DNA of 64,000 nucleotides, taken from NCBI RefSeq assembly GCF_009914755.1, contig NC_060940.1. One strand, 5' to 3'. Below the pieces are notes generated by a model. That model made no database searches. It saw only the letters and a list, made by a program, of their open reading frames with translations, and was not told the origin of the DNA. Position numbers and translations under genes: made by a program. The stretch comes from the human T2T-CHM13v2.0 reference genome, Homo sapiens. Below are positions 24,875 through 37,565 of the stretch, piece by piece. Each line of letters starts with the position of its first letter. Position 1 is the first letter of the stretch.

Positions 24875-24892
24875 ATCCTGCTCACAGCACCA
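24875..24892 (-). other. Retroviral primer-binding site, tRNA-Ser(CGA)
   Basis: atcctgctcacagcacca = 17/18 to the tRNA-Ser-CGA 3' end ATCCTGCTCACAGCGCCA as I recall it; 4 bp from the 5' LTR. Confidence 0.85.
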
Positions 24893-24896
24893 AAAC

Positions 24897-25482
24897 TATT
24901 GGGGCCAAGGAAAACTTCTCCTTTGCCCACTGATGTAGTTCACTGAAAAATCAGCTGACAAAAGGCAGATTAATAAGAAAAAAAGGCATACAAAATTTAT
25001 TAATGTGCACATGTGCACACAGGTGTCATACAAAATATGTAAAAGAAAAACTCAAAGTTAGATCATTGAAGTTTGATACCATCTGGGGGTTACAGAAAGA
25101 ATACGGGCTTGGAGTACACCTGATCAGTTATGGGAGGGAGAGAAGAGAAAAGGCATGGCTAGCACAGGCTGTCTTGTTATGCAGATGAAACCCACAGATA
25201 GAAGCTCTTAGAAAGCATAAGTTTTCGTCAAACACTCAAAAGTGCAGATTCTCAGTCTTTCTCTTTTGCAGGAGCCAATCCTTCCTAGAGCTGGACAAGG
25301 GGCATGGTGTGGAGTGGGAGGAGAGACTGGCTGTTTATTTCACCAATGCAGATTTCCTCTACAGATGCAAATCTCCACAAAGGCAGCTTTGCAGAGCTAT
25401 TCTTGCATGCTGGCTCCCTGAACAGGCATCTCAAAATATGTCACAGGTATATTTTAGGGAGAAATATTTTTGGTTTCCTTTA
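24897..25482 (-). mobile_element. Provirus 5' LTR (MER34/MER39-type), uninterrupted
   Basis: Reverse start taaaggaaaccaaaaatatttctccctaaaatatac..gacatattttgagatg. Confidence 0.88.
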
Positions 25483-25783
25483 ATCTGCAGCAGTAATGTC
25501 ATACATGGCATATAGTGGGTTCTCAGTAAATGTTGCTAATAAGAACTGATACAAATTCAAAAGGAAAAGGAAGAAAAGTGAAGTTTGGATTAAGCAGTCA
25601 TTTCTTTCCAACTCAAAATTAGAAATAATTTTGTTTTCCATTTTCATGTATATTTCCTGATGTTTTCATGGCGAAACAAGGGAGAAAGAAATAATATGTT
25701 ATTGGTAGATAAGGTTGTTACCTGGTTCCCGAAGAAAACCTAAACTCAAATGTGGATGCATATTAATACGATGGGCGTACCTA

Positions 25784-26341
25784 TGTCAGAGGCTTGTGAA
25801 CCAGAGCAAATCCATCTTGAATAGGCGCGAGGTAAAATAAGGCTAAGACCTGCTGGGCTGCATTCCCAGATGGTTAAGTCATTCTAAGTGACAGGATAAG
25901 GTAGGCAGTCAGCACAAGGTACAGGTCATAAAGACCTTGCTGATAAAACAGGTGAGGAAGCCAGCTAAAACCCACCCAAACCAAGATAGCCATGAGAGTG
26001 ATGCCTGGGTGTCCTCACTGCTACACTCCCACCAGCACCATGACAGTTTACAGATGCCATGGCAACATCAGGAAGTTACCCTATATGGTCTAAAAAGGGA
26101 AGGCATGAATAATCCGCCCCTTGTTTAGCATATAATTGAGAAATAACCATAAAAATGGGCAACCAGCAGGCCTTGGGGCTGCTCTGTCTATGAAGTAGTC
26201 ATTCTTTTATTCTTCCACTTTCTTAATAAACTTGCTTTCACTTTACTGTAGGGACTCACTCTGAATTATTTCTTGTGCGAGATCCAAGAACTCTTGAAAC
26301 CTCTCCTGGGGTCTGGATCGGGACACCTTTCTGGCGTCACA
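25784..26341 (+). mobile_element. MER41A solo LTR
   Basis: tgtcagaggc..gaaccagagcaa..ccatcttgaatagg; lacks the tandem GAS block of MER41B. Confidence 0.9.
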
Positions 26342-26369
26342 TCTGCCACATTTTAGGAAACAAAGACAA

Positions 26370-26694
<325 letters not shown>

Positions 26695-26952
26695 GACAAA
26701 ATATTTCATTTTGTTACACCAATAAACCATGTATATATATGTATATATGATATATATATCATTTTTAAATTTTATATAATGATATATATATTATTAAAAT
26801 TTTTTTTTTACATTTCACAGACTATCTCCTTTCAGCTCTCAAATACTGTCTGATACTTCAAAGCATCTCAATCATACAACATCTGCCCACATGGCCCAAC
26901 TGATGTTTTGGAAAACCTTGTCAAGAATTCCAGGGAATGAATAGAGTTATCC

Positions 26953-27155
26953 CAGCAGCTTCTAGAAATTTTCGCAGGGCTCTATATTTCTGCTGTTCAT
27001 TATGGTAGCCACTGACTCCATGTGATACTTGAGTTCTTGAAGTGTGGCTAGTGTGAGTGAATAATTGAATTTTTGGTTTTATTTAATTTTAATTAATTGA
27101 AATTTAAATTTAAGTAGTCACATATGGCAAATGGCTACTATATTAGTCAATGCAG
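26953..27155 (+). mobile_element. MER3 (hAT-Charlie MITE)
   Basis: atggtagccact..catgtg..tgtggctagtg..ttttatttaattttaattaat. Confidence 0.8.
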
Positions 27156-28329
27156 CAGAAGTTTCTCAATTGAATATGAAGCACCTGATTATGTCAGGAT
27201 GGGTTACAATAATAATCAATTTACTTTGACTTCCGGCTATTGAAATGATACCATGAGGTTATCAATCCAAAACCATCCTCTTTTATTTCTGTTTTTGTTT
27301 TTATGAGCACTAATACTCTAGAGTTTTGAATGATGAATTAAAATAACTAAATTCTAGTTCCATGTGATTTTTACTACTTCACTAAGTGTATTTTTCATGT
27401 GTATACAAGAGATGATACTCTACCTGAATCCCTCATTGGGATTTATGATAATATTTACATTTTAAGAATTATTGAGCACCTACTAATTACCAGATGTGAG
27501 ACAAGCTCTTGGTTTGCGAAGATAAATAAAACATGGTTTCCAATCGAGCTTATAGTCCAGCTTTGAATTGCCTGTGAAAATCGATTTAGTATTTACAAGG
27601 TGCTATGGAAAGTAAAGGATTATTATTTTTTGTTCTTTAGACACTGTAATGTTTTCTGTATATGAAGGCCAGATTTTCAATAGTAAAAGATATTGGAAAG
27701 GCGTAAAAACCAGAAAATAACAGAACAAATTGGGAAAAGCTGACTGCATTAAGACCACAAATATCTCTCAACGAGTGGTGTCAGGTAGGTGACAAGAAGG
27801 CAAGGGACTTTTCCATTCATTGAAAGCAATAAATAAAAATTAATATCTGGACAGTGCTTTAAAGCTTATGAAGTACTGTCACAATATCTATGCCCACACT
27901 TAAGGTGTGCAATCTCAGTTCTGGTATTGTAGAAAATGAGAAATGGTAGGGAAAGAGAAATAATTGAAATTTCTCTGAAGGAAACTGTGTGTAGAGAAGA
28001 GATTAGGCCACCAACCAGGAAGAAATTTATGAAAAGCAAAAGCCAGATAAAGTCATGTTCACTCTTTTCATAAGACAACCAGAATAAAGACAAAAATAAA
28101 ATAAAGTAAAACAGCTGCACTGGGTAAGACCAATGTCCTCCTCATTTTTGCAGCCACCAATTGCATACTTGAGGCAAGTCCAAAGAACTGGAAGATGAAC
28201 ATTAGTGTGTTGTGCTTACTACAAACATTTTAATGGATTTGAATGCATCTTTCAATAACAGCAACAGATTTATTGTTATGTTGTGATTGCTCGGTATTTA
28301 TGCCACTACTGATTTATGATTTTTTAAAT

Positions 28330-28445
28330 ATAACTTCATGAAGTAATGACCATTATTATCTCTATCTGACATATAAGGAAACTGGATCCCTTAAAGTTAA
28401 GTTACCTGTCCTGGATGACATAGCTATTAAGTGATGCCAAGTCTC
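28330..28445 (-). mobile_element. MIR fragment
   Basis: attattatctc...aaggaaactg...gttaagttacctgtcc...acatagcta. Confidence 0.6.
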
Positions 28446-29031
28446 CTTTATTTTAGATGTGTATATAATGTTTCAAAACTATTTTTATTAGAAGCAGAAA
28501 TTAATAGTAAACAGCTATTTCTAAGCACAGAGTTTCAAGTTTCACATGTGAGACTACTCAGTGATCTAGTACAACTTTTATTTAACTACTGGGTACTCAG
28601 TGATGTTTGATGAAAAATAAATGGCTTTGTCAGATAATATGCTTAGTTTAAGTACTAGGATATCAGATGGGCATAAGATGTGATCCCTGCTTTTGATGAG
28701 CTTCCAAAAACTTCATCTCCTTCCATTGATGCCCATAATCCATTGACTGGGTTCAATGTATCCAGTTAATACAACTGAAATTACCTTCCTCAAACTGAAA
28801 TATTTTTGTCTACTGCCTATTCTGAAGAAGATATCAAAAGCCCCAAATCTTCTGTCTCCAAATTCAGTGTTACTTTGGGATCTCTTACTTATTTAACACC
28901 ACCTATGTCTTACCTATTTACTACTGTCTACTACGGCTTCTACCATATTAGCCTCAGAAAATAAACATCCTTCCCTAATTTCCCGTTGCTAAGACCGGCT
29001 GGTAAAAATGTATCAGAATCTTATAAACCTG

Positions 29032-29228
29032 CAGGTGTTGTCAAACATTTTCTGTAAAGGGTTAGTTTGAGCAGTATCTGTCTCAACCATGCAACTTTGC
29101 CTTTACAGCAAAAGTGTCCTGGGACAATTACATAAACAACTGGTCATGGTTAGGTTATAATTACACTTTATTTACAAAAACTAGGTGCATGCAGATTTGG
29201 CCTGTGGGCTGTGATTTGTTGATCCCTG
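29032..29228 (+). mobile_element. MER58A (hAT-Charlie)
   Basis: cagg..gtcaaacattttctgtaaaggg...ctttatttacaaaaac...gatttggcctgtgggc...ccctg. Confidence 0.85.
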
Positions 29229-30669
29229 AATACAATTTTGGTATAGTGAGAGCTCACCCCCTCCTACAATAAAAATACTTGAATTTGGGTTCTGTATTTC
29301 TGGTGAGGTATCTGAGTTATCTGAAATTGCATTCATGTCATAATCTTCAGGTTAGTGAGGTACAGACACTCATACTTCTGGGAAATCCAGAAAGATAAGA
29401 CACATTTTAGTGACAGAACTTGGGACAATGATATTCACTTTCTCTTTCCAATAGCATTGTTTCCTCTTTAAAAATTTTGAATGGGAGAAATGAGACTTCA
29501 GTTCCTTATACTTGGAGGAGCAATAAATAAATAAATGAAAGGGTGGGGTGGGATAGTAAGATGCTGACACCTTGTAGCAGATAATGATGTGTTGCTGTAT
29601 TCTGGATTAGTTAATTTGCCTGAATCCTCTTTCAACTATTTATATTCTCAGGCTCTAGAGAAAATGGAGGTGTACATATGCTACCTACTGGGTTAAATGG
29701 TGCTTACTTTTATTTCTTATAATCTGACCTTTATCAAGATTGACGCGGGGTGTTCAATTTGCTTCAACAAATCTTCTAATGCCAACACTGTGTTCAGTCT
29801 CTTGAGTCCCCTTGTGAAATGCTAGGCTATAATCATCCACTCTCCAAGCCGTCATCATTCTAGTTAAAGGTCTAATCCTCTTGTGACTAATCCCAGACTT
29901 CAGGAACTCTCAAAAAATTCCAACTCTCTTATAATTTTCCTCATTGCTTTCTTTTTTCCTTCCTTCCTTCCTTCCTTCTTTCCTTTCTTTTCTTCATTTG
30001 CATTTTTTGTTATGAGATATTTAATCATTGGCCATGATTATTGTCTTTACAATTCTCCTATTAAATGTTTTAACTTGCAAAAAAAAAAATTTTCCATGTA
30101 AATTGAGAATGAAGCAACATTGTTCTGGAATGGAAAGACACAACAACTTAGAGTACTATGAAATCTTCATTCCTTTGGGGCTTTCTGCTGCAGGAAATAA
30201 GATTAGTAGGTCACCTCATCGTTAAGGAGAGAAACACATTTATCAAAGTACCAGACATAATATTAAGTCCTAGTGATAAAGTGGCGAACAAAAGAAACAT
30301 TATTATGCTTTCTTACATCTTGAGGGCTGGGGGATGGGGGTGGGGGAATTCAGCATACTTACTTTGCTAAAGAGGAATCTTAACCATGTCTGCTGCCTTA
30401 TGTTTTAAATTTATTTATTTATTATTATTTTTTTTGCGTTGAGTGATGCAGCCTGTCAGGAAGAGTTTCCTGAAGGATATTTCATCTGAGAGCTGATGGG
30501 TGAGTGGGGATCACCAGGCAAGGGGAGAGCAAAGTGCATTCTACTCAGAGGCAACAGTGTGGGTCACCTTCTTGAGATGTAGGAGATGGAGATAGGTAGA
30601 GACAGAAAGACATAGAGGAAGAAAAAAATTGGGAGAGAGAGATGCTTTGGAGGAAATGAGAAGTACAGT

Positions 30670-31480
30670 TGAAGCAGGGGATTTCCCTGACCCCTTCGTG
30701 GGATCTGTGACAGAGGTGCCTTGTTTACTCAGCCCCTTGCTCTCAACTCCTCATGGAATGGAGCACGTGAGTGAACGAGGCGGAAACTGGAGTGCAGGAG
30801 CGCTGGAACTGGCCAGCCGCTTTGCAGAAGGAGCGGGCCCTGCGTCAATGTCCAGTTGGGGGTGCCTGCAACCCCCAAGGCCACAGAGGGCTTGTTACAG
30901 TGCTCTTTTAGCTCTGCCATTCGTGGACAGCTTATGTGTTAACAGCTCATTGGGCCATTTGCTTTGTCGCATGGGACAGCTGCCCTCTGCCAGCAAGGGC
31001 GAAGGGTCAGTGTGACAGCATTTTGTATATGCGCTTGTGGTTCCCGAGCTTTTGTCCAGCATCCAGGAAAAATGAGGTCACACAAATGAATTGAAGGATG
31101 GTAAACGCAAGGCATTTTATTCCTGATGAAAGTGGCTCTCAGCCGGAAGAGGAACTGCAAATGGAATGGGGGTGTTCGTAATCGTCCCCTGAAATCCAGC
31201 TGTTTCCAGCCAGACTTTTCTCTGAAGTTACCTCGTCAAGCTGTCCCTCTGAAGTCAAGCCACTTCTCTCCGATTTCAAACGTAGTCCTGAATCTGGGGT
31301 TTTTATAGGCACAGGATGGGGCAGAGTAGGACCATGGGTGATTTAGGAAAAAACAACATTTAAGCAGGGAAACGGGGATATAGGTTCTCACTTTGGGCCG
31401 CAGTTTTGGCTTGAGGGTGGGGTTTTTACTGGAGACCCACCCTTTTCTGCCTAGAATTTCTTTGCCTCCTGTCGCTATCA
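30670..31480 (-). mobile_element. ERV1 solo LTR of the LTR1/LTR27/LTR28/MER52 group
   Basis: Reverse start tgatagcgacaggaggcaaagaaattctaggcag; TATA-like cctataaaaacccc; TSD cagt/caat. Confidence 0.85.
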
Positions 31481-31986
31481 CAATGAAGGCAGATGAGAAA
31501 GAATCACAAGGAGCATCTTGAAGATGAAGATGAATCAGCAGAGTTAGGAAGGTGCAGATTATCCGTTTATCATATAGGCTAAAAACATACCATTGAAGAA
31601 TTCTGAGAATAATGATGTAACCAGAATTGGTCTTTTAAAAGATGAGTCTGACTGTTGTTTAGATTTTACAAAATGGAAAAAGCAAGGGGGAGAAAAAAGA
31701 CAAACCAAAAGCAAGAAGATCAGCTTGAGGGCTACAGCAGCATTGCTGTAAAATAGGAGGCCTAATCTACTCTAAATATTTTGGCAATGGTGGGAAAAAG
31801 CAGATGCGTATTTCAGGGTTTTTAGCAATGAGTTGTTATTGGAAAAGCTGAACATTGATAACATTTTTACTCTTTAACCAAGGTGAATCTTATCCATGAA
31901 AGCATCTTTCTTTCCTACTCCCTCCTGGGACTGGGAGAACTTGAGGACAATGTCAGAATTTGGAGAATGAAAATTTTTTATGTCAC

Positions 31987-32349
31987 TGTATTAGTCTGTT
32001 CTCATGCTTCTAATAAAGACATACCTGAGACTGAGTAATTTATAAAGGAAAGAGGTTTAATAGATTCACAGTTCCACAGGGCGGGGGAGGCCTCACAATC
32101 ATGGTGGAAGGTGAATGAGAAACAAAGGTACATTTTACATAGTGGAAGGCAAGAGAGTGTGTGCAGGGGAACTCCCCTTTATAAAGCCATCAGATCTCGT
32201 GAGACTTATTCACTTCACGAGAACAGCATGGGAAAGACCCACCTCCATGATTCAATTACCTCCCGCCAGGTCCCTCCCACAACACATGGAAATTATGGGA
32301 GCTAATATTCAAGATGAGATTTGGGTGGGGACACAGCCAGACCATATCA
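31987..32349 (-). mobile_element. THE1 (THE1C-like) solo LTR
   Basis: tgtattagtctgttctcatgct...ccagaccatatca; perfect TSD gtcac. Confidence 0.93.
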
Positions 32350-32444
32350 GTCACCTCCACACCATCTGTCAATTAAGAATTTCTGTATATAACAGCCTCC
32401 GTTGGGATGAAATACATTTGCTAGTAAAAGGTATAGAAGTAGAA

Positions 32445-32606
32445 CAGAGCTTCTCAAACTTGACTCCACAGTAGATCATGTGGAGACCTAAAGAATCTGA
32501 TGCCTGGGAGATTCTGATTGAATTGTTTTGGATTTGTATCCTGGAGAATAGGCTTTTTAGCACTCTTCCCAGGTGATTTTTATGTTCAAAGTTTGAGAAT
32601 GTCTAG
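32445..32606. mobile_element. MER5-type hAT MITE
   Basis: cagagcttctcaaact...gattctgatt...cccaggtgatt...gtttgagaa. Confidence 0.75.
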
Positions 32607-32680
32607 AGTGGAGGACAAGAGGAAAACCACTACTCTGTTGTTAAACTTCATTCTTTCCTTGAGTTGAGTCACTTATTCTC

Positions 32681-32714
32681 ACACTTGATCTTAGCCAAAA
32701 GGCTGAGCAGCAAT
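32681..32714 (-). pseudogene. U2 snRNA 5' fragment (nt ~1-34), tailless retropseudogene
   Basis: Reverse complement attgctgctcagccttttggctaagatcaagtgt vs U2 ATCGCTTCTCGGCCTTTTGGCTAAGATCAAGTGT; 15-bp TSD gagtcact(t/c)attctc. Confidence 0.93.
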
Positions 32715-32894
32715 GAGTCACTCATTCTCTATTCATTCTCTCCATGAGTCTCTCATTGTCTCCATGAGTTGTTCTCATGAGCAACTTCCCCAATCCATAA
32801 GGCTATCACAAATTCCTATTATTAACCAACTTCCAAATGATTAATTCTTAGCTGTTTTTCTCCAAGCTTAAGGCTTGAGTTCTTCCATTTGTAT

Positions 32895-33016
32895 TAGCTT
32901 TTAAAAATTCTGGTAAAATACACGTAACATAAAAGTTGCCATTTTAACCATTTTTAACCTGTAAGATCAAGTTGCATTTAGTATGTGAACAATTTTTTTG
33001 TATCTGTCACAACCAT
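32895..33016 (-). mobile_element. L1MB-type 3' end fragment
   Basis: ggtaaaatacacgtaacataaaagttgccattttaaccattttta. Confidence 0.75.
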
Positions 33017-33448
<432 letters not shown>

Positions 33449-33649
33449 TGACCTTTTCCAGCTTGAACAAAATGAGCCAAAATATGCATGTCTGCTCTGC
33501 AATTTTCATAGGTATCAGGGCTACCATAAACATGCTTATAAAGGTATTATAAATTGCAAGTATCTTTGCATCATATGTAGAAATGTACTTGGAAAAGTGC
33601 ATTCTGTCTTGAACAAATGCCTGTAACTTTCTGTATTAAAATTCCAACA

Positions 33650-33890
33650 CCGTAGGTTGGTTTCTCCAGAAACAGATAATGATATGAAGATCTGTGTGGA
33701 AGATGCATACTAGGAATCAAAACATATAAAGGATGCAAAAAGAAGCAGGAATAGGCAAATCAAGAAATCAAAATATAACCCTTGCTTGGAAAAATCTTTG
33801 CCAATACTAATGGGGAGCTCTGAAGCCTGCATTGGAGTATGTCCAGCACAACTGACCATTGTTGGACCAAAATGACTGGTCATTTCTGAT
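33650..33890 (-). mobile_element. LTR16-like ERVL LTR fragment
   Basis: taggttggtttctccagaaacaga...gaagcaggaataggca...ggggagctctgaagc. Confidence 0.55.
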
Positions 33891-35679
33891 GTTTTCTAAG
33901 AAAGCCTTGCCTTATTCTATGAGAAGCTTCTTTCTTCTTCTTACTGAGACACTCTAAAGTTTTGAAGGTGAGTGACCATTTTCTAGGCATCTTATTCTTC
34001 CTCATGATGTAAATCACAGGCAAACCCACTCATCTCCTCCTTCATCCTGTGTCCCTTCCAGAGATCACCAAAGTGATCCTTTTGAGCTGTCTCATAGTTC
34101 AGTGCAGATTTTCAGATGAGCAACTCTAGGCCATCTCAAGTTCATGGAGATTAAGGCACGATTGTCTTCTCTTGCAAGTAGAAATGCTCAAACATGGTTT
34201 ATTTGTCCATCCACTCCAACCTATCTTTCATCCTAAAATAATGGTACTCTAAGTTTTTCCAAACCTAAGTAATGAGCTCCTTTAGGGAAGAAACAGGGGA
34301 TTTTCTCTCTTTGGATCCCTGATACCTTTCCGTGGTGGGAACTAGCTAGGTTTTAATAATATATGTTGAACGAGGCCAACTGTAGTTGTAATAAGTCTAT
34401 GTTTCCTGGCACTGCTTGTTTTCAGGCACTTTATCTTATTTACTCCTCACAATAATCCCATAAGGTAGTTGGATCTATTTGCCAATTAAACAATTACAGA
34501 GAAAAAATACCCCTTTTAAGATGTGCAAGTCATAAAAAAATGAAATAGAATTAGAAAACAAGACTATCGGCTTCAAGGGTTGCATTTCTTGTCACTCTTG
34601 AATAGTGTTTAATTGGTATAAGGTGGCTAGAAGGAAGAGAGAAAGACAAGAAAGGCAGAAAGGAGAGAAAAACATCAACAAAATAGAGTGAGAGTACTCA
34701 TCTGCGTATTTAAGTCATATTGAAATTTAGGATAAAAACTGAAAAGTTGTATAAATAATTTGGGCAGCTTTTGAAAGGATATAGAATATGTGTTACCGCA
34801 AAAGGCCACAAAAGGTGCCATGAAATGCCAGAAAAACAGAGGGCAGCCAATTGGGGTTTTGATTGAATCCAAAAAATAAAAAGTAGGTAAACAAGGCAGA
34901 GATCTGAGAATAGGAATGAAATGGGTCTGGGGTTTGAAATAAGGCACTGTTGTTTGAACTTGATGCATTCTAGGAAAGCAGTGAGGACACCTTATGAGAA
35001 AAGTAGCACCATGGTCAATGGGATGAGAGAGAATTCGGCGTTTGATAAAGCAAATTCTGAAATTGCTTCGGCTAATGTTATCATTCACTGCTGAGGACTT
35101 TGGCCTTATCTCTTCTAAAACATAAAAGAAGGCTAATTTGTTTTAAAAGAAGTGTTCTATTTGTCCCTCTGCAGTCCACTCAAGGAGCTAATGTATTTAG
35201 AGAGCTTTTATCATGGAGCCAGCTTGATGTCTCCCTTCCTCATACTAAGTAAATTTCAGTGAGTTAAATGACAAAAAGCCATCTGCTTTCTATAAATAAG
35301 CTCTTCTAATACCTGGCAAATCTTAAAAGTCAAGCTGACAACGAATCTCAGTATGATCAATGATCCGAATTGTATAATTCATCTTCTGCTGAGGAATACT
35401 GGTCTTGTTGTGGTTAATAGGAAGAAGATGCATTCATGTTTCTAACTTGGACGTCAACATTTTAGACAAAATTCAATTTTATTTTGATGATCACTGCACA
35501 TGCTGTTTCTGCTGTCAGGGTTAGGTATCTCTTGCTACAGTGCTGGGACAGTACCTGTTCATTTTCAAATAGTCATCTCAAATGCATCTTCCTATGACAT
35601 CTGCTGTTACTCACTGGTAGACAATTTATTATTTCCATGAAAATAACAATAAACATATTAATGAAAAATTATGATTATC

Positions 35680-35910
35680 ATTTAATTATTAAAAAGTTAA
35701 TATGTGCTAGCCACTTGTGAGCATGATTTCAATTTATTCTTCACAACAACCTTTGGGGATAAATACCAACATTGCCTTCATAATGATGTGAGGAAAATTA
35801 AACTGTACATTATAGTACTTTTCCAAGACCATGTAACTATAAAATGATGGTGCAAAGTTTGGGATCAGAGCAACCTGAAACCCAGAGTGTCTGTGTTAGA
35901 GAATCATGCT
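35680..35910 (-). mobile_element. MIR
   Basis: atttattcttcacaacaacct...gaggaaa...ttttccaagaccatg. Confidence 0.6.
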
Positions 35911-36743
35911 ATGAACGTGTAAATACAATACTTATCTCTCTTTATATTTATGCATATATTCGTCTGTCCCAATAAACTAGGAATGCCATGAGGTGAGACC
36001 ATATATAGCACATTTTTGTTTTGGTAGCTTTAAAGATAATGACTGGATCACAGCAGTTATTTAATTAAACTTTTCTGAGACACTTTCATGTTTTTCAGAG
36101 AGGGTCCTGCTAATAATAGGAACATTACAATTGGTTAAGAAGATTCTATGAATAATTACATACTAAGATTTTTAGAGTCATGCCTGGCACATAGGAACTG
36201 TATGATAGATATTACCTCCACGAATGAGGTTGGAAATGAGTCACAGAAGTATGTGATATCTTTCTGATAAGATGATGACTTTGGGGTAGTTACCCCACTT
36301 CTAAGAATAGTTATCGGGAAGATGCAATGAGAAGAGACAGAACCTTCTGTTCACGTTCATTTATATAGTGATGAAGGGAAAAGGAATTTCAAGGTAATTT
36401 TCTCTCTGATGATGTATGCTCGAGATATTTTGGGGCAAGGCAATAGGAGTCTGGAGCTTTGCTTACTGGGTCCTCAGAAATCTTGTGTTTCTATTGTTCT
36501 CTGCTCTACAGGCTTCACTATGTTTAGGATTGTTTCTGTGGCTATGGCCCCTCTCTTCTTCCCTTCTCTTTAGGAAATATTTATTGAGTTCCTAGTGCCA
36601 GGAACTCTGCTAGCCACTGGTTACTTTGGGATGGAAAATAGGAATAGTTCAGCCCTCACGAAGATTACAACAAGCTTTTAGCCTTTCACGGACTGTCTCT
36701 TGTGTTTTATGTGTTACTATGCTTTTATCCTTAGTAAGAACGT

Positions 36744-37565
36744 GATATATACGTATATATACGCGTATACGTATATATGTGTATACGTATATATACGCAT
36801 ATACGTATATATGTGTATACGTATATATACACATATATGTATATACGTGTATACATGTATATATGTGTATATATGTATATACTATATGTATACACACATA
36901 TGTACATAGATGTGTATATATGTACATAGATGTACATGTATGTACACATGTACATAGATGTGTATATATGTACATAGATGTACATGTATGTGTATATATG
37001 TACATAGATGTACATGTATGTACACATGTACATAGATGGGTATATATGTATATATACCCATCTATGTACGTATACGTGTGTATATATACATATGTACGTA
37101 TACGTGTGTATATATACATATGTACGTATACATGTGTGTATATATACATATGTACGTATACGTGTGTGTATATATACATATGTACGTATACGTGTGTATA
37201 TATACATATGTACGTATACGTGTGTATATATACATATGTACGTATACGTGTGTATATATACATATGTACGTATACGTGTCTATATATACATATGTACGTA
37301 TACGTGTCTATATATACATATGTACGTATACGTGTCTATATATACATATGTACGTATACGTGTCTATATATACATATGTATATATGTGTGTATATAAGTG
37401 TGTGTATACATATAGTACATACATATATGTATATACATATATAGTACATATATGTATATGTACTATATATGTATATATGTATATATAGTACTATATATGT
37501 ACTATATATGTGTATATATAGTGTGTGTGTATACATATAGATATATGTATACACATATATCATAC
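36744..37565. repeat. Complex purine-pyrimidine (TA/TG/CA) tract with an 11-unit 28-30 bp minisatellite
   Basis: Unit tatatatacatatgtacgtatacgtgt(g/c) at ~37066-37380. Confidence 0.95.

Larger units (their letters stand above)
15959..25482 (-). mobile_element. Two-LTR ERV1 provirus (MER34/MER39-type LTRs, decayed MER4-group internal region)
   Basis: Homologous LTRs at ~15959-17947 (interrupted) and 24897-25482; PBS at 24875-24892; no long ORF inside. Confidence 0.85.

Noticed and set aside
30629-31015. 128-aa ORF
   Set aside because: Lies almost wholly in a GC-rich solo LTR, starts at TTG, no recognisable domain
34675-35088. 137-aa minus-strand ORF in non-repeat DNA
   Set aside because: GTG start, no protein similarity I recognise, and plausible by chance in six frames of 64 kb
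37066-37380. CRISPR-like array
   Set aside because: Head-to-tail units with no unique spacers, in eukaryotic DNA
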